In this document: in pieces, positions 1-11,870 of the stretch
How the letters are laid out: every line of letters starts with the position of its first letter
Position numbering within the stretch: the first letter of the stretch is position 1
Made by a program: the position numbers and the translations under genes
Assembly: GCA_051362555.1 (NCBI GenBank)
Contig: CM120640.1
Coordinates: forward strand, 41,084,788 to 41,148,787
Direction of reading: 5' to 3'
Length of the DNA stretch: 64,000 nt
Origin: Lingula anatina
Lineage: Eukaryota; Animalia; Brachiopoda
The notes under the pieces: generated by a model
Seen by the model: only the letters and a program-made list of their open reading frames with translations
Told to the model about the DNA's origin: nothing
Database searches by the model: none

Positions 1-213
1 TCAATATATTTATGCAGGCCCATTTGTCCCACATTTCAAGGTTTTCTATATATATTTCAAATCTAACGCAAATGCAGCCGCCTACGCGAAGCAATGTTGG
101 GTTGATATACCACTCAACCGCTTAAAATATTCAATATAAAATAATATACAAAGATTTAAAATGAAACTAATATTTAATGTTTGAAATGTGTTATTTCTTA
201 TTCTAACTTTTAC

Positions 214-309
214 TTGCCTTGGATTCGTCCGCTGGACTGTGTCTGGTTCATGTATGGGATCTTCCTCCAGTTCGTTTTGCACCATGCTATCAGTTCGGTT
301 TTCATCCAT
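214..309 (-). CDS. Possible first coding exon of an unidentified minus-strand gene running off the left edge
   Basis: MDENRTDSMVQNELEEDPIHEPDTVQRTNPRQ, then AAG|gcaagt or CAA|gtaaaa and an abrupt AT-rich tract; CpG-rich upstream region; no recognised homology. Confidence 0.3.
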
Positions 310-3300
310 TAACTGAAACCCAGTGCAGTTGCAAGTCACGTACGTCACCCACAATAGATGACAACAAAGGACACGCTCCTGGCACGCGACTCTTTCACGG
401 GTTACATGCGTTGAAGGAATACTCGTAAACCCTAATTCAAACAGTTACGTGAGGGCAACTGGTCGATTTAATTGAGACTTAAAATCCTCTGACGTAATGC
501 CACGTCTAATCACTTTTGTCCATTGGTCTTCGATCTTTCAGCTATACCTTGGGTCGCGTCAAGTTTTGTAATGAACTAGGTATTTAAATACCCAACAGCC
601 CGCATCCCCAATGCCAAGGTAATGCTACCATTTGAAATGCAAAGAAAGATTGCACTGAGGCTTGTTGACCCAGCTGGGGTAGACTGACCAATCAGGATCA
701 GGCCGGCGTGTGCCTGGCGTGTGCCACTTCTTATTGCCAATGGCCATATGGAATTACCACCCCTCTTTGACAAGCTTGAATAGGATTATATTCACTGGAT
801 CAGCACCTGCTCCCATATTCTTACAATAGCTGCGCACAATTTGAATGCCACTGCATTTGTGGCGATAGGGGTTCGCACGTTCTTGCATACAATTTAGCAT
901 TGGTTGTCTGTTGCACATGCGTCGCATTTCCAAAAAGTAAACAGCGTGTTGTGGTGTCCGTTTTATTTATTATCTTATCGAGGTGCGACCATCTGCCAGA
1001 GGACTAAGGTACACATGCCCAGTGAATACAAGCAGTTAATCAAACAATTATGCGTCCTATTAAACGATCGATAATTTCGAGGGTCGCATAAAATTCTAAC
1101 CGCCTACGCGCTTTGTTTGTTGGTGATGTTTCAGTCCTTGCTTTGTTTATCACTCACTGTTTGACGGGCTTAGTTGTAAAGATATTTCATAGCAGTATAT
1201 ATGGCAACAGATCGGTAATGAATTAATGAATGTGAACCGTACCATACGTGTCATTGTGGTCAAAGAAAAATAGATGACTGTCCCTCTTCTGGTCTATTGC
1301 AGCAAATGGCTTTGGTGACAGACCAAGACAAAACACTATTGCCTATTGTAAATACCTATTGTTGATCAAACAGAGCGATAGCCAAGATTTTATATTAATT
1401 GAAAGTAGGAGGAAGTTATATCAAATTACTTTCATGCGTGGACCACAGGCACCTCATGAGTGATGTGTTCATTTCTGCAAAATAATCACCAATTATTTTC
1501 TTTTTCTTAGATATATGACATAAATGTATAATACCACTTATACGTGACCGGACCGTAGTTTTCTTCTGATTTCGATAGTATTGGTAAATAATTCATTTTT
1601 ACAAATTTATAATCAAATTCAACAATAATAAATACATGTGACATTGAAAACTTTACAGAGCCTGTTATATTGTAAATATAAAACTAAAGTTGCAAGTTAA
1701 ATTTGTGTAATTATGCGTTTATACCCTAAGTATCCATCGACATGCCAAAATACCTATATGCACATAATATCAGAAGATAGCTATATGCAGACATTTACAG
1801 TCAATGCTGTAGGTAACCCCGTCTACTTTTCATGCTGGCGTTGAGGTCAAACAAGGCTATCTGGTATGACTCCGGCAAACTGACTTTGGAAAACTCAACC
1901 ACAATGTCACCTTCTCCAGGGCTGTTTTTTTCCGGTCGTATTTTCCAGGCAATTTCAAATTAACTAACAACAGGCTGACAGCTGATTATTCTCAGGTTAG
2001 CTTTTAGCTGCTGTCCAGGCACGGGGAATTTTCCCGGTAGACATCCTGTACGATAGCATTTTCTAAGGATGGTAGATATGTGTATCACTCTAGTTGGAGC
2101 GAGCTAATTTTGATGTTAAAGATACACAGTCGACGATCAATTATAGTTTTTGATTTCGTTTAACAAATATCAAGACCCGCTGCTGGAAGCACACATGGAA
2201 TCCGCTTGATCACAACCACCGAACAATCTCCCATGAAACTATTGTTTTCTATTACAGCCCAAACTACATCTTGTTTCAATGGTTGACATTTTTAGTAATG
2301 TTGATCATCTGAAATGTATTCCTATCTGCAACGGCAACTGAAATGTTCAAAGACACAACAACATCGGCCTAACATGTGGAAACGCAAATGACTTGAATAT
2401 TTGAATGATCTCTCAGACAGATTTTGGATCAAATTTACACTATAAACTTTGTTATAACAGAAAGATATAAGTATGTCGACTTCTCATGAAAACCTCTCGT
2501 AATAGAACCTAAAATTTGAAAAGTCTGTATTTTCTCAGTTTCACTTTAACATTTTACCTCCTCGTTTTTATTTATATGCATGGATATATTATTACAACCA
2601 TTTGTATTCAACAACCTAGAACGAAAAATTGGATGCACTTTTCTGGAAGCCTCTACATTGTTGCACGGGCCACTGGTGAATACAAAAATTTTACTGTGGA
2701 GGGTGAGTAATTCTCAGAATACTCTAATATTACGACAAACTGCAATAGGAATGACAAAAATTTCGCATTATATATTGGTGAAAAACAAAACCTTTAGTTT
2801 TGGAATTGTGAATTGTACTCGTCAGACGACGCCTGCACAAACATTTAAAAATTGAATTAGAATTTACCTCACGGATACGAAGCGGTAAGTTCTCTGATAC
2901 ATAATAAACTTATTTGGGTATATACATTGCTGTTTCCAAAAATCGCGCTTTTGAGGGGGGGGGGGGGGGGGGGGTGTTTGCACGTCCTTCATGTTCAATC
3001 ATTTATCTGTATTATTTATAGATATTGAAGCGAGGAATATAAATCACTTTCATAATTGGCACTCATTTTGTATATTCTCTGTGGGTGGCGGCCATTTTTT
3101 GCAATTAATCCCACATGTTCAATAAACAGACATAAACCCAATATATCAGGCTCTCTGAATATATAATGACGAATTTCATACCATAATTCTTTTCACTTTC
3201 AGCTTTGGCTTCTAGGCTATCTACATCTTGATTATAAAAATTTGAGAAAGTATCATGAGATTTTCCAATGATTGTTTAAGAACATACGATAAACCAATGC

Positions 3301-3357
3301 ATAACACAGGTTTTTTACCAGACCTTTTGTTCCAAAATTATGCCATTTAATATCCTA

Positions 3358-3480
3358 AGTCCGAGGGTCAAATGTAGCCGACCCACCTGAATACTCCCCC
3401 ACGGGATATCTATTCAGTGTATATATTAGCGTATAAGACGGCAAGCTTTGTTTTGGGTCGCCATATTTGACCCTCGGACT
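3358..3480. mobile_element. Small MITE-like inverted repeat
   Basis: AGTCCGAGGGTCAAAT(GTAGC)CGACCCA ... TGGGTCG(CCAT)ATTTGACCCTCGGACT; no clear TSD. Confidence 0.65.
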
Positions 3481-6422
3481 AGTTAGTCCCCTATTCTGAA
3501 TGGGGCCGAAAACTCTGCTCCTGCGTCATCCTATCGTGCTGGAGTAGAAATTTTACAAAAATTAAAACTATAAATAATGTTTAATCAAATCTTATTGAAC
3601 AATGTCTCGTAACAATGATTTGTGATTACTGGTTAAAGTATGCACCTCCCTATAGTCTATTTTTCACGTTAAACCATTACCCTGCTGCGGAGCGAATTAA
3701 CGCATGCGGCTGCCCGCCATCGATAAAACCTTAGTTACTAATCCGTTTGTGGCTCTATTTTCTTGATAAAAATCGACAGGTTTTCGTCTCAAAGAGAGAC
3801 CTGGTAAAATTTTCGCATCCCCTGGTAATATAGGCCACTTTCACATTGCTTTCAATTTTCACACAACGTATACATCTCGCCCTTTAAAATCTACTTTGAA
3901 GGGGAATTGCTATTATAAAATGCGTTTTTTTTCGTCTAGCGGGTGGGTGGTGGGTAGGTGATTCAGGAATGCCACGTATATTTTTTATTAAATCGTGTTC
4001 CGGTGCCAAGGGCACAGTCTGTCGCGCAATCAGGTAAAATGCATGAACGTGCGGTTTGGAGCCATTTCAAAGGCGTATTGTCAACCTTTTTTAACGGCAT
4101 GTTGATGATAAATGTAACATCTTGCAATATGGTGATAATGATTAATGCATAATATAATTGTTATAAAATAATTCTCACGTGAGTCTTTATATATGTGTAT
4201 AACAAAAGGATAAGCACACCTTTGAATGAATTAAATGAATTGAAATGATTTTTCTCACATTGGATAACAAACTGTGCTATCAATAGAACTTTCTGTCGCC
4301 CTTAATTAATAATGAGGCAATTTTGTGTCTGACATTGGCCAAAGAAAAGCAATATTCCTGACGCAATGTCCACCAGTGCTGAAAAAGCAATTTTCCATTG
4401 ATTCCAAAAGCAATGTGTCTTCTGTGAACGATAAAGGCAGTGTTGGTTCAATTATCTAGTTTCTGGATATTCAGACTGAACTGCATAGATCGACCTGTAT
4501 CGATTTTGAGACGATTTACATTTATGCATTTTTTTGTGATCAAGCTTCTTATTTCTAAACACCCTATAGTTCTGAGCAAAATTTCATTAGCTTGGTAGTT
4601 GGATCATAAATGAGAACACAAGCCGAAAAACTTTCATACCGTTAGCTTACGGCCAACCTGGACGTAGGCGTTCATCAGACAGCTTACAATGTATTTATTG
4701 TAAGTATAGATCTCATATGAAGAGTTGTTATCCCTTTAATAACGTCTAATTAAAACTTTTTTCATTTTGTCTAATTCATATATTGTAAGTGCACTCCCTT
4801 CTCGTTTTTAAAGAAGTTCTCTCAAGTGCCACTCAAATGCATCTATTTTATGCCTGATTACAATTAACTGATGAGTTTCGGGTTAATAATCATGCAACCA
4901 AGATTTAAAACCACAAGAGAATCGATCCTCTTGCGGTTTATCTACAGCCCACTGAGATTACTTTGTGCGTTATATGATGCAGGTTAATATCTGCGGTACT
5001 AAGTCTGGTTTTATGCTTAATATAAATTTAATAAGAAAGCGTGACCGACTTCGTTTACTGTTTTATGGAATATCTCACAATGCCCTGCGATTTCCGTCGC
5101 CCGACACAAGGTCAGACAATAATCTCATGCGTTGTCGTCTTTCTTTATAAACCAGATATTCTGCCCATATGTCATAACAGTTAACATACAAATTCCTAGA
5201 GAAAAGGCACTTCATGATAAAAAATAACGTACACCCACTGTAGACGTGCGTTTTCCTTCCCATTCCTCGCAACTGTAACAGTTCCTAGCCATATTGCAGC
5301 AAAGCGCCTCTAACACAATGCTGCTTGCTACGCGTGAAAGCCGCGCTCCGCTGCTAGACTTGTAATGTAAACACCGACGCTATGATTGTAAATATAGTTT
5401 TCTGTTCTGAATTGGGAAGGATTTATTACTCGCATTATTCTGTGCTTCTATTTTATTTGTGAATTATTTCAAAATAAAAAATTCTTCTGTTTGTTCATTT
5501 GAACAACTTCTTGCCCTTATTTGAACAAATTTCATTTTTTATTGGGTCTTCTGTGGCTGTCTACCGGTACCAACTGTCACTTTACGTGGCCTATTATCTA
5601 CAAGTGCATTTTGGTGTGCAAAATTTTGCTCTCCTTGATGTTTTAAAGTTAGCTGTGGCATAATTTGTTTAATAAATTCACATATTTCACAAAGGGAGCA
5701 TTTTTCATGAAACGGGACAATGACAGATGCTCTTGACCTCTCAGTTAATCCACACCTTTCAAATCCCAATAGAAATTATAGTACAGAGGCTTAATTTTAT
5801 CACTGGCAATAAAAAATTAACTAACTTATTGTTAACACAAGCCCTCATGGACTTTGTAGACTGGTGATAAAAATGGATGACGGCTTCACTTTTATTGCTA
5901 CCATTTTTTTGACTGGGCCCTGGTAAAGGCTATCTATCGGTACATTTTACAAGCATTGTAACAATATTCCTGCTGCCAACACATTTGCCTTAATCAGTGA
6001 AAGAGTTTCTCAAATGCATAACAATCCTTTATGCTCGACCTTTACACATACAGAATGGAACTCGTGGCTGTATCAAGCATGTATATTGTGCCATCACAAG
6101 GCACCAACTTCTTGAAAGCTTCAGCTAACTTGACAATACCATGAATGAATCTTATCTGAGGCTGGGAAACTGCTCTATTGATTGAACATGGCATTTGTTG
6201 GTCATATGAAGTTATGACAGCCACTTGATTGAACATGACACCACTGGCACGTGTATGTCCTCCAATTTGATACATACTGACACCTCTTGCCAGTGACAAA
6301 CCTAAGTGAACATACACCCCACTTGCTGCAGTGAGTACATATACACAGCACTGACTCAGCTGTGGTGATCATCTATCCACTTCCTTGAATTATAACAAAT
6401 GAGCATCATTCCAGTATATTTT

Positions 6423-6632
6423 TCAGTCAGGCACCTGCATTTCACTGATCCTGTTGATAAAGTCTAGCAGGTACATTTGGATCCTGACCTCTAGAGGATT
6501 GTTTGTCACACAGAAGCCAGGCACTCCTGCTTTCTCCAAGGTGGACTGTTGATCTAACATCTTCTGGTCCAGCTCTAAGATGATGCGCATGTCCTGGCGT
6601 TTCAGTTCATCACTGTAGTTTGACTCAAGTTC
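6423..6632 (-). CDS. DGCR6: DGCR6 coding exon 4 (with stop)
   Basis: acceptor gcttttag|; [72 protein letters not shown]. Confidence 0.95.
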   Translation of the reverse strand, partial: ELESNYSDELKRQDMRIILELDQKMLDQQSTLEKAGVPGFCVTNNPLEVRIQMYLLDFINRISEMQVPD

Positions 6633-9600
6633 CTAAAAGCAACATAACAATTCTTATCCATCTTCATTTCCTTATTCTTTTTATTCTACACTACCCCTCA
6701 TACCAAATGAAAATAGAAAAAAATATTAAGTATGTCAAACCCTTGATGCTTTTGAAACAGAAAATGTTTTGTTAAAAAAAAAATTAACTAGAGGATCAGA
6801 GAGGCGATACCGCCTCCGAATATTGTACCACCAGCTGGAGCAAGTGCATTCGTATAGACCCCCACATACACAAAAGAAGGGACACAGCCACCAGTCTTAT
6901 GCTTGACAAGCTGTAAAAATGCAATCAACAAGAATTTTCAAAATATGCAAAAAAATAAATATAACTTAAAATGGTACAATCAAAGTTAAGTTCATCGTAA
7001 GGTAGGTCAAAGGTCAATTTCAAGGTCACAGTAAATTGCCAGTATATGACTTCATATTCAACTTAAATGGTAACTATGGACCTATCTCTGCCAGTTTTGG
7101 AGATAAAAGGGAACCAAAATTTGCAAAATTCAATTCATGATAAAAAGTAGGTCAAAGGTCAATTTCAAGGTCACACTTAGATTGCCAGTATATGACTTTC
7201 CATGCAAGTTCAATAGAAACTATGGACCTATCTCTGACTTCCTATTCAAGTTCAATAGTAACTATGGACCTATCTCTGCCAGTTTTGTAGATAAAAGGGA
7301 AAAAAAAATATGCAAAGTTCAGTTCATGGTGAAAAGTAGGTCAAAGGTCAATTTCAAGGTCACATTTAGATTGCCAGTATATGACTTCCTATTCAACTTC
7401 AATAGTAACTATGGACCTATCTCTGCCAGTTTTGGAGATATAAGGGACTATATGTTTTAATTTTGGAGTTACCATAATGTGCCATAAATTTCCTACAGAA
7501 AAAATTAATTAAAATAAAGAAAAGGTCATTTTGGTCAAAATTCTTGAAATAAGAGGTGCTCTGAAGTTCCAGATGTTCAAATTTGATGAAATAATGTCAT
7601 TTTTGACCACAAGTTGTCTGCTTTGCCAAGCCTTATGTTTTATTTTTCCGGAGTTCAAAATTTATTATCCATTACCGTACTCCACATTTTGCTTTCACCA
7701 CCAATATGTGCCAGTATATGACTTCCTATTCAAGTCCAATAAAAACTATGGACCTATCTCTGCCAGTTTTGGAGATAAAAGGGAAGCAAAATTTGCAAAG
7801 TTCAGTTCATGGTGAAAAGAAGGTCAAAGGTCAACTTCAAGGTCACAGTAAGATTGCCAGTATATGACTTCCTATTCAAGTTCAATAGTAATTATAGACC
7901 TATCTCTGCCAGTTTTGGAGATAAAAGGGAACCAAAATTTGCAAAGTTCAATTCATGATAAAAAGTAGGTCAAAGGTCAATTTCAAGGTCACATTTAGAT
8001 TGCCAGTATATGACTTCCTATTCAACTTCAATAGTAACTATGGACCTATCTCTGCCAGGTTTGGAGTTAAAAGAGAAAGAAATTAGCAGAGTTCAGTTCA
8101 TGGTGAAAAGTAGGTCAAAGGTCAATTTCAAGGTCACATTTAGATTGCCAGTATATGACTTCCTATTCAACTTCAATAGTAACTATGGACCTATCTCTGC
8201 CAGTTTTGGAGATAAAAGGGAAGCAAAATTTGCAAAGTTCAGTTCAATGGTGAAAAGTAGGTCAAAGGTCAATTTCAAGGTCACATTTAGATTGCCAGTA
8301 TATGACTTCATATTCAAGTTCAATAGAAGCTATGGACCTATCTCTGCCAGTTTTGCAGATAAAAGGGAAGCAAAATTTGCAAAGTTTAATTCATGGTGAA
8401 AAGTAGGTCAAAGGTCAATTTCAAGGTCACATTTAGATTGCCAGTATATGACTTCCTATTCAACTTCAATAGTAACTATGGACCTATCTCTGCCAGGTTT
8501 GGAGTTAAAAGAGAAAGAAATTAGCAGAGTTCAGTTCATAGTGAAAAGTAGGTCAAAGGTCAATTTCAAGGTCACATTTAGATTGCCAGTATATGACTTC
8601 CTATTCAACTTCAATAGTAACTATGGACCTATCTCTGCCAGTTTTGGAGATAAAAGGGAACCAAAATTTGCAAAGTTCAATTCATGATAAAAAGTAGGTC
8701 AAAGGTCAATTTCAAGGTCGAATTTAGATTGCCAGTATATGACTTCCTATTCAACTTCAATAGTAACTATGGACCTATCTCTGCCAGGTTTGGAGTTAAA
8801 AGAGAAAAAAATTAGCAGAGTTCAGTTCATGGTGAAAAGTAGGTCAAAGGTCAATTTCAAGGTCACATTTAGATTGCCAGTATATGACTTCCTATTCAAG
8901 TTCAATAGAAACTATGGACCTATCTCTGCCAGTTTTGGAGATAAAAGGGAAGCAAAATTTGCAAAGTTCAATTCATGGTGAAAAGTAGGTCAAAGGTCAA
9001 TTTCAAGGTCACATTTAGATTGCCAATATATGACTTCCTATTCAACTTCAATAGTAACTATGGACCTATCTCTGCCAGTTTTGGAGATATAAGGGACTAA
9101 ATGTTATAATTTTGGAGTTACCTTAATGTGCCATAAATTTCCTACAGAAAAAATTAATTAAAATAAAGAAAAGGTCATTTTGGTCGAAATTCTTGAAATG
9201 GGAGGTGCTCTGAAGTTCCAGAAGTTCAAATTTGATGAAATAATGTCATTTTTGACCACAAGTTGTCTGCTTTGCCAAGCCTTATGTTTTATTTTTCCAG
9301 AGTTCAAAATTTATTATCCATTACCGTACTGCACATTTTGCTTTCACCACCAATATGTACTTTTTGACACAGCGTAGCTCGAAAACCGAATGGAATACAA
9401 AAAAACGGAGACCACCCCCAGTGTTGGGCTTTACATGCTCTACAAAATGCAAAAAAGAATGGGTCTCTAGCATTAACGGTCCCCTAATTAGAGACAGTTT
9501 TCAGTTTTGGTATCTTATGGCCGCTACTCCCGTTAAAATGCACCGATTGACCCCAAATTCACGGAGATGAAAGATGACCTGAAGGGTATCATTTTCCAAT

Positions 9601-10560
9601 AATATTATTGGTTAAGTCTGTGTGGTGTCTGAATAACAGCGCAAATAATTTTTTTTTCGTAAAAAAATTCATTTTTTTGAAAAATTATGCCTGTTTGACC
9701 TTGAAATAAAGGTCAAAGGTCAAATCCAAGGGCATATTTGAAATCTACACATATGACTTTTGGAAAGCCGTCTGTAGAAATTTTTCCCATAATTCCTTCC
9801 GTAGGGTAGATAATTAGCATTTAATTTTGCCATTTTTGGACAAGGGTGCATTGCAATGAATGCCACACCTAGACCCCAATACCGACAAAGCCCAAATTTT
9901 ACGTGGAACGAGTTGAGATTATAGGTGACCTAAATCCAAGAGATGGGTATGGGGGCCCTTACCGTCTAGGAGGAGAAGCGGTAACGGTAACATGGCGGCG
10001 GAGCCGCAGGAGCCGGCGGAACGGACCGGACGGGACTAAAACCATGTGTACCGCCAGCGCTAACGCTGGTGGTACAATAATATTGAATAATAGATTGAAG
10101 ACTACTATAGAGGGGTCCAACTGAGCGTAAGAGGAGCTCTCACATAACTGAGTGTTCACTCAGTCATGTAACAGCAAGGTGTCATAGATGGGTGATAGGC
10201 AGGTACAATGATTTGTAACTTAGTATGAACTTTTAAAGATACAGGTTAACTTACACTCCACTGTGCCTCATATTCAGCTTGCACAAGGGGAAGGCTATGT
10301 GGCTTTGATCGGCAGCTCTGAATAGCTTCACTTTGTTTCTTCATCAACTCTTGTTTTTTAGCTATTAATGTAAAAAGTAAGAATTATTAGATTTAGTTTA
10401 CAATAATAAAAAGAGCATCAATGTTTCTGTTACTTTATAGTACAATAACACTATATACTTATCTTTTGAGTGAGTTTCAATTACTATTATTGTGTACTTC
10501 CTGTTTGTTTGTATGCATAGGACATTACATTTGTCATTTGACAAAATCACAACATTGAGG

Positions 10561-10627
<67 letters not shown>

Positions 10628-11340
10628 CAATGTACCTGCATGCTCGTTTAACATCTTAACTCTACGATTAAATAGGTTCCGCTCTTCCAGCTGTTGAACT
10701 TCTTTGAGACTGCTGACTATGGCAAATACGGTGCCGTCCAGAAGAGCATTTGCCAAGTGAGACAAAAGATCATATGACAGCCGCTGCTGATGCTTCCTGT
10801 TAAATGATAACATCAATAAATTATTGAATGAGCATTCAATAATGCACAACTGTGAAATTGGGAAGATAAGGATGCACACTGTATGCCATAGTCAGGGGCG
10901 GATCCAGAGTTATTTTCTGACAGTCTTCCAATTTATCTTTATTGATCCATCCTCCATTTTTGACCGTCTTCCGACAGAAAAAAAATAGATACCCGTCAAT
11001 GTAAACTTGAAAATCTGACCATCTTCCAGAAGACCCAAAAGACGCCCTAAATCCGCCCCTGATAGTATTAGTCCAATGCTTCACAAGAACCCCACTTCAA
11101 GTTATAATGAATTGTGAATCAGACCCTAAATGACACGAATAAGTCCACATGATTCTGCTGAAGGAACACAGAGGATTTTAATATGATAAATCCAAGTTGC
11201 AAGCACTTATCTATATTTTGAATCAACCCAATTTTGCCCGTCATTTACCCTGGTAATTCTCTGGCCATAGACTGCAGTTCATTCAGATAAAAGTAATGCC
11301 GCTTTTGTGTCTGCTCCTTTTTGGCAATATCCGCCTCCAT
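6423..11340 (-). CDS. DGCR6: DGCR6 / gonadal (gdl) family protein, 189 aa; complement(join(6423..6632,10255..10361,10636..10796,11249..11340))
   Basis: Spliced translation [55 protein letters not shown]...[30 protein letters not shown] matches the DGCR6 hallmarks ([17 protein letters not shown]; [17 protein letters not shown]). All introns GT-AG; exon lengths 92+161+107+210=570, in frame. Confidence 0.95.
6786..10080 (-). mobile_element. Non-autonomous Helentron-associated element (HINE/DINE-1-like) carrying a satellite array
   Basis: 15-bp subterminal inverted repeats TATTGTACCACCAGC (6821-6835) / GCTGGTGGTACAATA (10065-10079); hairpin at 10047-10076; GTCC-like simple repeat (~10010-10035 on minus); terminal stem-loop GAGGCG-ATAC-CGCCTC (6801-6816) followed by CTAGTT on minus; central tandem repeats; no coding capacity. 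This layout matches HINEs described in Drosophila and bivalves. Confidence 0.8.
6990..9089. repeat. ~146-bp tandem (satellite-like) repeat, about 12-13 monomers in two sub-arrays
   Basis: AGGTCAAAGGTCA recurs at 7004, 7149, 7338, 7821, 7967, 8112, 8259, 8405, 8550, 8696, 8841, 8987 (spacing 145-147 within arrays); interrupted by a non-monomer block at 7441-7709. Confidence 0.95.
10255..10361 (-). CDS. DGCR6: DGCR6 coding exon 3
   Basis: acceptor attaatag|; [36 protein letters not shown]; donor |gtaagt. Confidence 0.92.
10564..10625. repeat. (TA)n microsatellite
   Basis: ~30 perfect TA units just downstream of the DGCR6 exon 2 donor. Confidence 0.97.
10636..10796 (-). CDS. DGCR6: DGCR6 coding exon 2
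   Basis: acceptor tttaacag|; [53 protein letters not shown]; donor G|gtacat. Confidence 0.95.
10893..11061. mobile_element. MITE family A copy 1 (CAGGGGCGGAT TIR, 5-bp TSD; hAT-like ends)
   Basis: Ends CAGGGGCGGAT...ATCCGCCCCTG; flanking direct repeat ATAGT; second copy at 38053-38219. Confidence 0.88.
11249..11340 (-). CDS. DGCR6: DGCR6 coding exon 1
   Basis: ATG at 11340; [30 protein letters not shown](G); donor GG|gtaaat. Confidence 0.9.
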
Positions 11341-11639
11341 TACGCAAGTTCAAACACCAAACCAGTAGATCACACCTCTGAACCTGAAATGTTTTCAGAT
11401 GCCACTTAGATTATAGATGTATACCAATAACATGCTTGCATTCACATTACGACACGGTGTATATTAGTTTATACACATGTACAGCTGTACTGTACATTGT
11501 GCATTACAGACAGCAACGACCCGAAAAACGAAAATTTGGAGATCAATTACGCCATGTGCTGAGCAAATAAAAATACATTACGCTAAAACACACTATATAG
11601 ATCTTTCTTTGTCAGTTTGGTGTATACATGCGAAATACC

Positions 11640-11870
11640 TTTCTACATAATTGAATCAAACGAAACCTCGAATATCACGACATTGTAATAAGCATTATTT
11701 TTCCGGAAGTAGTAATCCGGAAGTTTTGACACACAGACAGACTATTCTCGGGAGACGAGTGGTGTTAGTAGACCGATTAAGAATGAGAATGTAACCGCTC
11801 GTTATCAGGTTCGAACATATGGTGGAGCGAGAGAGAGAGTGAGGAGGAGAAAGCGGAGTGGGTGAAAAGG
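11640..11870. promoter_or_regulatory. Bidirectional promoter DGCR6/AMBRA1 with tandem ETS (CCGGAAGT) sites
   Basis: CCGGAAGT at 11703-11710 and 11717-11724; CpG-richer island; flanked by a minus-strand donor (AAG|gtattt, ~11639) and a plus-strand donor (GG|gtaagt, 11871), consistent with divergent non-coding first exons. Confidence 0.7.

Noticed and set aside
7137-9377. Repeated ORFs ([21 protein letters not shown]...) suggesting a repeat protein or CRISPR-like array
   Set aside because: They are translations of the 146-bp satellite; frames shift between monomers, there are no unique spacers and no cas genes, and the context is eukaryotic.
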